Shown one piece after another: positions 47,046 through 53,992 of a DNA stretch of 64,000 nt (its first letter is position 1; each line of letters starts with the position of its first letter). This DNA comes from Methanomassiliicoccaceae archaeon UBA370 (GTDB taxonomy: Archaea; Thermoplasmatota; Thermoplasmata; Methanomassiliicoccales; Methanomethylophilaceae), in the NCBI GenBank assembly GCA_002505345.1, contig DAUY01000016.1, positions 50,374 through 114,373 on the forward strand, read 5' to 3'. The notes below the pieces were generated by a model that saw nothing but the letters and a program-made list of their open reading frames with translations, ran no database searches and had not been told where the DNA came from. The position numbers and the translations under genes are program-made.

Positions 47046-47525
47046 ATGAGAAAAATAAAGCATCTCATGAAGAACGGAAGGAAAAGGATCTCGAACGACC
47101 GCAGCGGAGGGATAGAAGGCCTCCCGCTGCAACTGATGATCGTCATTCTCGTGGCGACCCTTGGCACCGCCATAATACTAGGTTGGATGGGCAACATAGA
47201 AGGCCCAAGGTCCATTGGGTCGGTCGACGTGATGTCCGACGACATATTGCTCGTGAACGGCTGCACGTCCGACGGCATCGTGGAGGTGCGCGTGACGGAC
47301 CAGGACGGCGAGCCCATCGAGGGCGCGGCAGTGGTGCTTTCAGGCCTCGGCATAACGGACAGCAACGGGAATACGGCATACGTCAGTACGGATTCGGACG
47401 GGATGGCCGTATTCACAGGCCTGAGGATTCAGATGAACGGCGGCTCTGTGGGATTCATAACCGTCAACGTTTCCGCATCCGGGTTCGGCGAGAACAACAC
47501 GGCAAGGGTGGCTGTGATCGCATGA
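47046..47525 (+). CDS. Putative class-III-signal (type IV pilin-like) protein with beta-sandwich domain
   Basis: 159 aa. A basic N-terminus is followed by SGGIEGLPLQLMIVILVATLGTAIIL. The C-terminal VRVTDQDGEPIEGAAVVLSG...TDSDGMAVFTGL resembles a carboxypeptidase-regulatory-like fold. Confidence 0.45.
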   Translation: MRKIKHLMKNGRKRISNDRSGGIEGLPLQLMIVILVATLGTAIILGWMGNIEGPRSIGSVDVMSDDILLVNGCTSDGIVEVRVTDQDGEPIEGAAVVLSGLGITDSNGNTAYVSTDSDGMAVFTGLRIQMNGGSVGFITVNVSASGFGENNTARVAVIA

Positions 47526-47959
47526 GGATGGACGGGAAGGGCGTGATCGGCATGCCCGTGAGGCTGGCCGTGACCTTCCTGGTCCTGGCCATCGCGGTGC
47601 CCGTCCTGATAGGCTATGTCGAAGATTACAGGGACGGCACCGAAGCCTCGGTCCTGATGGCCCAGGCGGAGATCGTCTCCGACACCGCCGAAAAAACTTT
47701 TTACTCCGGAGAGGGCGGGGCGTTCACCGCCGAGATATCCGTCGGCCACGGCAACAGGCTAGTGATCGGCGGCCAGGACTCCGACGCATATACGATCAGG
47801 ATGTTCTGCGGCGACGAGCATGTGGGCCGCCTTGTCATGGACCGTCCGGCGGTGAGGATAGCGGGCGACGGATTGGCCGTGTCCGGGGAGAGGACGCTAT
47901 TGTTCGAATGCGTGGCCTACGGCATCGGATGCGCGGTGGAGGTGAGCGTGATTGCTTGA
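47522..47959 (+). CDS. Putative pilin-like protein 2
   Basis: The ATG at 47522 overlaps the upstream TGA. The N-terminus MRMDGKGVIGMPVRLAVTFLVLAIAVPVL shares the G-x-x-G-[LM]-P-x-x-L plus hydrophobic helix pattern with the preceding gene. In the track it is hidden in ORF 47183-47959. Confidence 0.4.
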   Translation: MRMDGKGVIGMPVRLAVTFLVLAIAVPVLIGYVEDYRDGTEASVLMAQAEIVSDTAEKTFYSGEGGAFTAEISVGHGNRLVIGGQDSDAYTIRMFCGDEHVGRLVMDRPAVRIAGDGLAVSGERTLLFECVAYGIGCAVEVSVIA

Positions 47960-48320
47960 ATTCACAATGTCCAGGGTCGCGCTCTGCATATGCGGGGCGA
48001 TCCTCCTAGGCGCGGTCGCGGTGCCCTTCTCCGCGATATGCTCGTCGGACGGTGACGTCCGGATGACGGAGACGGCGGATTCCATCGCAGAAACGATAGA
48101 CGGCTTCTACCGCTCCGAGGCGGACACTATGACCCTCAGAGGATGGGACATACTTCCGAATGCGGGATGTTCCTTCAGGGTAGAGAGGGGTTTCGTGATA
48201 CTCTGCGACGGGGAAAAAGAATACCTGTCGCCGGTCTCCTGCGCGTCGGAGGATTTTTCTCTCCGGTATGACGGAACCGTGACGTTGAAAAGGTCCGGTC
48301 CCGGGATAGCCCCGGCGTGA
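47952..48320 (+). CDS. Small protein with N-terminal hydrophobic anchor, third gene of the pilin-like operon
   Basis: 122 aa. MLEFTMSRVALCICGAILLGAVAVPF. Overlaps the upstream gene by 8 nt. Confidence 0.35.
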   Translation: MLEFTMSRVALCICGAILLGAVAVPFSAICSSDGDVRMTETADSIAETIDGFYRSEADTMTLRGWDILPNAGCSFRVERGFVILCDGEKEYLSPVSCASEDFSLRYDGTVTLKRSGPGIAPA

Positions 48321-49526
48321 TCATCTTCCGAAGGCCTCGGCCGCCTTCCTGAGCGCCGAGGAGAAACGGTTTACGTCTTCCTCGTTGTTGTAGAGATATA
48401 CCGATGCCCTTGCGCTTCCTCCGATCTTCTTCCCTTCGAAGAAGGGGTGGGCGCAATGCAGCCCCGAGCGGATCATTATGCCGTCGATGTTGTCCAGCAT
48501 CATTGCTATGTCATGTGGCGACAGCCCTTCTATGTTGAACGAGAAAACGCTGCTGCGCCTGTCCGGGTCCGAAGGGCCCACCAGCTCCAGCCCCTTCACG
48601 TCCTCCGTTTCCCGGACCATCTGCCTCATGAGCTTCCTGTCCTGGGCCTCGACGTTGTCCATTCCGACCTCGGAAAGATAGTCCAGGGCGGCCTTGGTTC
48701 CGGCGATGCCCGCATAGTCCTGGAGCCCCGCCTCGAACTTTTCCGGCGCCGGCGTCAGTTTGACCGAGTCGTACGTCGCGAGGCCTACCGTCCCTCCGCC
48801 GTAGGAAAGCGGCCTGAGCGCCTCGAGCTCGTCGGACCTTCCGTACAGGACGCCCATGCCCGAGGGGCCGAGCATCTTGTGCATCGAAAAGCAGTAGAAA
48901 TCCGGGTCTATCCTGTCCAGGTCCACCTTCATGTGGGGTGCGGCCTGCGCCCCGTCTATGACGACTTTCGCTCCGGCGTCATGGGCTATCTCCGATATCT
49001 CGGCCACCGGCATGACACATCCGGTGACGTTGCTCGCGTGTATGACGGAGACGACCTTTGCGCCCCTTTCCACGCACTCCTTGAAGGATTCCATGTCGAA
49101 CTCCCCCTCGTCCGTCGTCTTGGCGTAGCGCCTCCGGATGCCTTTCTCCTCGGAAAGGATGAGCCAGGGGACGTGGTTGGAGTTGTGTTCCGAATCCGTA
49201 GTCACAACGGTGTCGCCCTTCTTCAGGGAAAGGCCGAAGGCGACGGTGTTGATGGCCTCCGTGGCGTTCTTGCAGAAAACGTAGCAGTCCGGGTCGTCTG
49301 TGCCGAAGAATTCGGCCAGAGACTCCCTTGCGGCGTCCACCGCCATTGAGACTCTGGAGCCCATCGCGTGCACGCTGCGGCCCCCGCAGGAAGGATATTC
49401 GTTGTAATATTCAAGTATCGACTCTATGACGCTGTCCGGACGCAGAGACTGGCATGCGCTGTCCAGATAGACGCCGCGGTTGTTCCTCATCGTGGGAAAA
49501 TCGTTCCGTAGAGACGATATGTCCAT
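48321..49526 (-). CDS. Cysteine desulfurase (class V aminotransferase, SufS/CsdA-like)
   Basis: The start is set at ATG 49526 (MDISSLRNDFPTMRNNRGVYLDSACQS). PLP-Lys motif SMHKMLGP and catalytic Cys RSGLHCAHP. The track extension to 49787 has no family-like sequence. Confidence 0.9.
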   Translation of the reverse strand: MDISSLRNDFPTMRNNRGVYLDSACQSLRPDSVIESILEYYNEYPSCGGRSVHAMGSRVSMAVDAARESLAEFFGTDDPDCYVFCKNATEAINTVAFGLSLKKGDTVVTTDSEHNSNHVPWLILSEEKGIRRRYAKTTDEGEFDMESFKECVERGAKVVSVIHASNVTGCVMPVAEISEIAHDAGAKVVIDGAQAAPHMKVDLDRIDPDFYCFSMHKMLGPSGMGVLYGRSDELEALRPLSYGGGTVGLATYDSVKLTPAPEKFEAGLQDYAGIAGTKAALDYLSEVGMDNVEAQDRKLMRQMVRETEDVKGLELVGPSDPDRRSSVFSFNIEGLSPHDIAMMLDNIDGIMIRSGLHCAHPFFEGKKIGGSARASVYLYNNEEDVNRFSSALRKAAEAFGR

Positions 49527-49605
49527 GGCACGCCCATGATTTCCATGTTCATTACGCTTGCGTATTCGGATGGGGTTTTTATTAAGGGACCTGCATGCGG
49601 TAGCG

Positions 49606-50511
49606 ATGGGCAGACTGGAGATTTCCTTCGGACGGCTGAGGCTGGAAAGGCCCGGCATGGTCGCATCCGGGATAATGGACGAGACAGGAGACTCGATGGT
49701 CCGGATGATCAAATCCGGCGCGGGCGCCGTGGTGACCAAGTCGATAGGGCTCGCACCAAGACCTGGACATAAGAATCCCACATTCACCGAGGTCGAGGGG
49801 GGCTACGTCAACGCGATGGGGCTTCCGAACCCCGGGATAGATCTTTTCGCGGAGGAGATGGCCGTTGCGGTCCGGGCGGGACCGGTCATAGGGTCCGTCT
49901 TCGGATCCAATGCCAAGGAGTTCGCCGAACTTGCGGCCAAGATGGAGGATTACGGGGCATCGGCGGTGGAGCTGAACCTCTCGTGCCCCCATGCAGAGGG
50001 TTACGGGGCGGAGATAGGTTCCGACCCCAAGAACGTGCGTTCGATCGTTTCTGCCGTCAGCTCGTCGGTGGACGTGCCCGTCTGGGCGAAACTGACGCCG
50101 AACACGTCGTCGATATCGGAACTGGGGAGGGCCGCCGAGGACGGAGGGGCCGAGGCCGTGGTCGCGATCAACACGCTGAAGGCCATTGTCATCTCGGCGG
50201 AGCTGAGAAAACCTGTCCTCAGCAACAGGTTCGGGGGCTTATCGGGACCCGCAGTCAAACCTGTGGGGATCAGGGCGGTCTACGACCTCAGAGGCGCCCT
50301 CAGCATACCGGTGGTGGGAGTGGGGGGCATCTCCGACTGGAGGGATGCCGCCGAATACATCCTCGCGGGAGCCAGCGCGTTCCAGGTCGGAAGCGCGGTG
50401 GGCACGAGGGGACCGAAGGTTTTCGGAGAGATAAACAGGGGACTGGAGATGTTCATGTCGGACCACGGCTACGGGTCCGTCGCTGAAATGGTTGGTGTTG
50501 CACGTGAGTGA
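49606..50511 (+). CDS. pyrD: Dihydroorotate dehydrogenase, class 1B catalytic subunit
   Basis: MGRLEISFGRLRLERPGMVASG, GLPNPG, ELNLSCPH, GGLSGPAVKP, VGVGGI. Earlier in-frame starts exist at TTG 49558 and ATG 49570. Confidence 0.92.
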   Translation: MGRLEISFGRLRLERPGMVASGIMDETGDSMVRMIKSGAGAVVTKSIGLAPRPGHKNPTFTEVEGGYVNAMGLPNPGIDLFAEEMAVAVRAGPVIGSVFGSNAKEFAELAAKMEDYGASAVELNLSCPHAEGYGAEIGSDPKNVRSIVSAVSSSVDVPVWAKLTPNTSSISELGRAAEDGGAEAVVAINTLKAIVISAELRKPVLSNRFGGLSGPAVKPVGIRAVYDLRGALSIPVVGVGGISDWRDAAEYILAGASAFQVGSAVGTRGPKVFGEINRGLEMFMSDHGYGSVAEMVGVARE

Positions 50512-51268
50512 GACCGTCAGGATCATCGGCAAGATGAAAGAGAGCAGGGACACGTACACCTTGGAGTTCAAATGGGACGCCCCGGCGGTGCCAGGGCAGT
50601 TCGTCATGGTCTGGGCGCCCGGCGTGGACGAGGTCCCGATGTCGCTTTCCAGAGTGGGGAAGATAAAAGCGATAACCGTGAAGGGCATCGGAGAGGCCTC
50701 CAACGCCATACACGGGATGCAGGTAGGCGGTTACGTAAGGCTGAGAGGTCCGTACGGGAACGGCTTCGATATCAAAAAGGGAAAGAAGGTCCTGGCGGTC
50801 GCCGGGGGGGTCGGCGCCGCGGCGCTGATGCCGGCCATAAAAGAGACCGGATGCGATACGATCATCGGTGCCAGGTCCGGGGGCGAGATAGTCCTGGACG
50901 ACGTTGCGAGGAAATACAGCAAGAACGTCTGGATATCCACAGACGACGGCAGCCGCGGTTTCCACGGTAATGCGGTGCAGCTCGCCAAGGAGAAGATGTC
51001 CCAGAAGGACTACGACCTCGTCATAGGCTGCGGGCCGGAGGTGATGCTGTATTATCTTCACAAAGCCTGCAAGGAGAAGGGGGTCGACTGCCAGCTTTCT
51101 CTGGAGAGGTTCATGAAGTGCGGCGCTGGCGTATGCGGATGCTGCATGATGGACGACAAGAGGGTGTGCAGGGACGGACCGGTATTCAGCTCCGAAGAGC
51201 TGGACCGCCTCTCCGACTTCGGGACCAGGAAGAGGGACGAGTGCGGCCGCATCGTGGAAATAAGGTGA
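50492..51268 (+). CDS. pyrK: Dihydroorotate dehydrogenase electron-transfer subunit
   Basis: 258 aa. FAD/NAD-binding-type fold (AVAGGVGAAALMP) and a C-terminal 2Fe-2S motif CGAGVCGCCMMDDKRVC. The TTG start at 50492 overlaps the pyrD end; GTG 50504 is possible. Confidence 0.9.
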   Translation: MVLHVSETVRIIGKMKESRDTYTLEFKWDAPAVPGQFVMVWAPGVDEVPMSLSRVGKIKAITVKGIGEASNAIHGMQVGGYVRLRGPYGNGFDIKKGKKVLAVAGGVGAAALMPAIKETGCDTIIGARSGGEIVLDDVARKYSKNVWISTDDGSRGFHGNAVQLAKEKMSQKDYDLVIGCGPEVMLYYLHKACKEKGVDCQLSLERFMKCGAGVCGCCMMDDKRVCRDGPVFSSEELDRLSDFGTRKRDECGRIVEIR

Positions 51269-51272
51269 GTGT

Positions 51273-51686
51273 TTGCCGGTCCCGGAAGATCACATAGAAG
51301 TGCACCACGGAACGCTGACCGTGAACGTCCCAAGGAAGATCTTCAAAACAGGGACGGCCGAGATCGTTCCTGAACGTGCGGCGCCCTTCAGGGAGATGAT
51401 AATGGCCAGATATCCCTGGCTTACCGCCAGCTCGGTGGACGTTCTCATGGCGCGGGCCTCGAGGGAGATGAAGCAGGTCCTCGACGAGGAGACTTCGGGC
51501 CGCTCCGCCAGCAGAATGCTCGCGGACGGCGGGCGCGTCAGGGAGGCGATAGACCATCTGACGAAAAGCCTTGAACGCAACCCCGAAGACCCGGACTCCT
51601 GGTACCTCCTCGGCGAGCTTCTCTGCCGCGATGGTCGGACCGAAGAAGGATATAGGGCCTTCGCAGAGGGGAGGAAGCGGTTCTGA
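51273..51686 (+). CDS. Small protein with a C-terminal TPR-like motif
   Basis: 137 aa with a TTG start. AIDHLTKSLERNPEDPDSWYLLGELLCRDGRTEEGYRAF is TPR-like. Start uncertain. Confidence 0.45.
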   Translation: MPVPEDHIEVHHGTLTVNVPRKIFKTGTAEIVPERAAPFREMIMARYPWLTASSVDVLMARASREMKQVLDEETSGRSASRMLADGGRVREAIDHLTKSLERNPEDPDSWYLLGELLCRDGRTEEGYRAFAEGRKRF

Positions 51687-52532
51687 TCAGCGGAACAGCG
51701 CCTTGATCGCCGCCGTCACTTCCGGGACCGTAGCTCCCCAGGGGACTATCGCCGTGTCTCCGTCTATCACGTGGCCTTCTCTGACCTTACAGCATCTGAC
51801 TATCGTCTTAACCCCGTCCTTGGGACAAAAATCCCTGGGGCAGATATCGATCGTGGCGGTGTCCCTGCCGTAAAGCTCCCTGAATATCCTCCGTGAAGTG
51901 TCGCATCCCAGCAACGTGACCTCGTGGCCGAGTTCCGGATTTTCGTCAAGGAAGTAGAAGGGCTTCTCGGATTCGAGTCCGGACACTTTGCATGGGAACA
52001 TGACGCCCTCGGTCCTGACCTTGGAGACCATCTCCTGGATGTCGATGGTGAGATTCTCGGTGACGACCGGAAGATCTATGAAGCCGGATTCCAGGGCCCT
52101 GTTGACGAGTATCTCGGTCTTGGAGGGATACGGGGGGACGCTGTCCACGACCCTGAGGGTGATGGGCTCCACTCCGGAGACGAAACTTATGTGCGAGAAC
52201 ATCCCGCGGACCACCACGGTCTTACCGGGATGCTCCTTCTGGATCTGGGCCCTTTCCGGAAGATTGAGGACGTCCGCCCCGGGCATGTCGACGAACACCG
52301 TATCGGCAGGCAGAGAGATTATGTCTACAGACTCGACGGTCCTGAACAGGCCTGTGCCCTCGGACTTGTGGAGCTCGGCGACGGCATAGCCGCCTTCCCT
52401 GGACATCACCACATACTGCGCCCTGACGTAGGCCCTGTGTCCCACCAATCCTTCGCGTATACCTTCCTCGGTGAGCGGAAAATCGGCCTCCAACACGGAA
52501 ATGTCCTTGCAGTGCATGCCCGAGTATCGCAT
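51687..52532 (-). CDS. Conserved-looking hypothetical protein, family not recognised
   Basis: 281 aa, non-repetitive with normal composition. Cys cluster near the C-terminus (CPRDFCPKDGVKTIVRCC). It fills the gap exactly between flanking genes. Confidence 0.6.
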   Translation of the reverse strand: MRYSGMHCKDISVLEADFPLTEEGIREGLVGHRAYVRAQYVVMSREGGYAVAELHKSEGTGLFRTVESVDIISLPADTVFVDMPGADVLNLPERAQIQKEHPGKTVVVRGMFSHISFVSGVEPITLRVVDSVPPYPSKTEILVNRALESGFIDLPVVTENLTIDIQEMVSKVRTEGVMFPCKVSGLESEKPFYFLDENPELGHEVTLLGCDTSRRIFRELYGRDTATIDICPRDFCPKDGVKTIVRCCKVREGHVIDGDTAIVPWGATVPEVTAAIKALFR

Positions 52533-52573
52533 GACCAGACCTATAACCGTTATCCCCTCCGGTGACGAAATGA

Positions 52574-52581
52574 TTTAATAT
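52574..52581 (+). promoter_or_regulatory. TATA box for tRNA-Cys
   Basis: TTTAATAT ends 25 nt upstream of tRNA position 1. Confidence 0.55.
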
Positions 52582-52605
52582 GTTCAGTCGATGAAGTGAC
52601 TGGCT

Positions 52606-52679
52606 GTCGGGGTAACACAGTGGCTATGTGGCGGACTGCAGATCCGCATACGGGAGTTCAATTCTCCCTCCCGACCCCA
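52606..52679 (+). tRNA. tRNA-Cys (anticodon GCA), CCA encoded
   Basis: Hand fold. Acceptor GTCGGGG/TCCCGAC. D stem ACAC/ATGT with a 13:22 mismatch. Anticodon stem GCGGA/TCCGC with loop CTGCAGA. 4-nt variable loop. T arm GGGAG-TTCAATT-CTCCC. Discriminator C, then genomic CCA (52677-52679). Confidence 0.9.
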
Positions 52680-52715
52680 TCCTTATTTTTCCGTCATGTC
52701 CTGTTTCTACGCAAC

Positions 52716-52756
52716 ATATATAAATAGGGTTTAAATAGCCTATATAAGGTATAAAA
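52716..52756 (+). promoter_or_regulatory. Cluster of four TATA-like elements immediately upstream of tbp
   Basis: ATATATAAATA (52716-52726), TTTAAATA (52730-52737), TATATAAG (52741-52748) and TATAAAA (52750-52756). The second is at the right distance for a leaderless start at 52757. Confidence 0.5.
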
Positions 52757-53305
52757 ATGGCAAAAATGAAAATCGAGAATGTTGTCGCCTCGAGCTACCT
52801 GGGACAGGAACTTGACCTGAACGCCATCGAGGGCGCCCTCGACGGTGCGGAATACAACCCCCAGCAGTTCCCGGGACTCGTTTACAGGCTCAAGGACCCC
52901 AAGACCGCCACCCTGCTGTTCAGGAGCGGAAAGGTCGTCTGCACGGGAGCCAAGTGCTATGAGGACGTGGTCAGGGCCGTCACCACCGTCGCCAAGGACC
53001 TGGAGAAGGCCGGCATAACCATAAGCATCGAGCCGAAGATCGAAGTTCAGAACATCGTCGCCTCCTCAGACCTGGAGCAGGAGATAAACCTGAACACCGT
53101 GGCCATAACCCTGGGGCTGGAGAGGGTCGAGTACGAGCCGGAGCAGTTCCCCGGCCTCGTCTACAGGCTGGACGACCCCAAGGTCGTCGTACTACTTTTC
53201 AGCAGCGGAAAGATGGTCTGCACCGGAGCGAAGGTCCCCCCGGACGTCACCCGCGCGGTCGACAAGATCGCCGCAGAGCTCAGGTCCGTCGGACTGATGA
53301 AATAA
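52757..53305 (+). CDS. tbp: TATA-box binding protein
   Basis: 182 aa with the two direct repeats (ENVVASSYLGQELDLNAI / QNIVASSDLEQEINLNTV, and FPGLVYRL twice). Confidence 0.95.
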   Translation: MAKMKIENVVASSYLGQELDLNAIEGALDGAEYNPQQFPGLVYRLKDPKTATLLFRSGKVVCTGAKCYEDVVRAVTTVAKDLEKAGITISIEPKIEVQNIVASSDLEQEINLNTVAITLGLERVEYEPEQFPGLVYRLDDPKVVVLLFSSGKMVCTGAKVPPDVTRAVDKIAAELRSVGLMK

Positions 53306-53314
53306 ACACTAATG

Positions 53315-53334
53315 CCGGCGGGACCTCCCGCCGG
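53315..53334. terminator. GC hairpin between convergent tbp and PHP genes
   Basis: CCGGCGGGA-CC-TCCCGCCGG, about 8 usable bp. Short T-rich runs flank it on both strands. Confidence 0.4.
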
Positions 53335-53335
53335 A

Positions 53336-53992
53336 TCACATTTTCCTGAATCCTCTGGACATCCAGAGGCCTATCGATTTGAAGCCGTAGCGGAGAGTGC
53401 TCCCCATGTTCCTGTTGGAGCTTTCGGCCGGCAACGGTCCGGACATCATCTCCCTTATGACGTCCGCCCATGAGGCCGGGCCGTCCGGCAGCACGATGTA
53501 CCCGTATCCGATGTGGCGCGTGGTGTGGGCGTCGCTGCCCGCCGACACGGGGCATCCGACCCTTGCGGCGAGTGCCGCAGAGCTGGCGTTGTCCTTGCGA
53601 TATGACCTGGAGTTCGCCGCCTCGATGCCGTCGAACGGGTTTTCCAATACAGTCTTTTCTCCGAGGCCGGACCACCATCTGTAAGGGTGGGCCGCGAAGG
53701 CGAACCCTCCCGCGTCATGTATCGCGTCGATGGTGTCCTTGACCGAAAGCCCCCTGGGTATGTGCCTGTCTATGCCGTAGGCGAGTATGTGGCCCTCCTT
53801 GGACGATACTTCCTCGCCGGGCACGACTATCAGGCGGCCGTCGTTCTTCACCAGGTCGTAGGCCTCGAAGCTGTTGTGGTCGGTTATCGCTATGCAGCCG
53901 ATGCCTCTCTTGACCGCTACATCCACTATGGTCACGGGGTCCGTGCGCCCGTCGTTCGAGAATGACGAGTGGATGTGCAGGTCCGCCTTCAT
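53336..53992 (-). CDS. PHP (polymerase/histidinol phosphatase) domain metal-dependent phosphoesterase
   Basis: 218 aa. MKADLHIHSSFSNDG, IAITDHN, GSDAHT. ATGA overlap with the metG stop. Confidence 0.85.
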   Translation of the reverse strand: MKADLHIHSSFSNDGRTDPVTIVDVAVKRGIGCIAITDHNSFEAYDLVKNDGRLIVVPGEEVSSKEGHILAYGIDRHIPRGLSVKDTIDAIHDAGGFAFAAHPYRWWSGLGEKTVLENPFDGIEAANSRSYRKDNASSAALAARVGCPVSAGSDAHTTRHIGYGYIVLPDGPASWADVIREMMSGPLPAESSNRNMGSTLRYGFKSIGLWMSRGFRKM

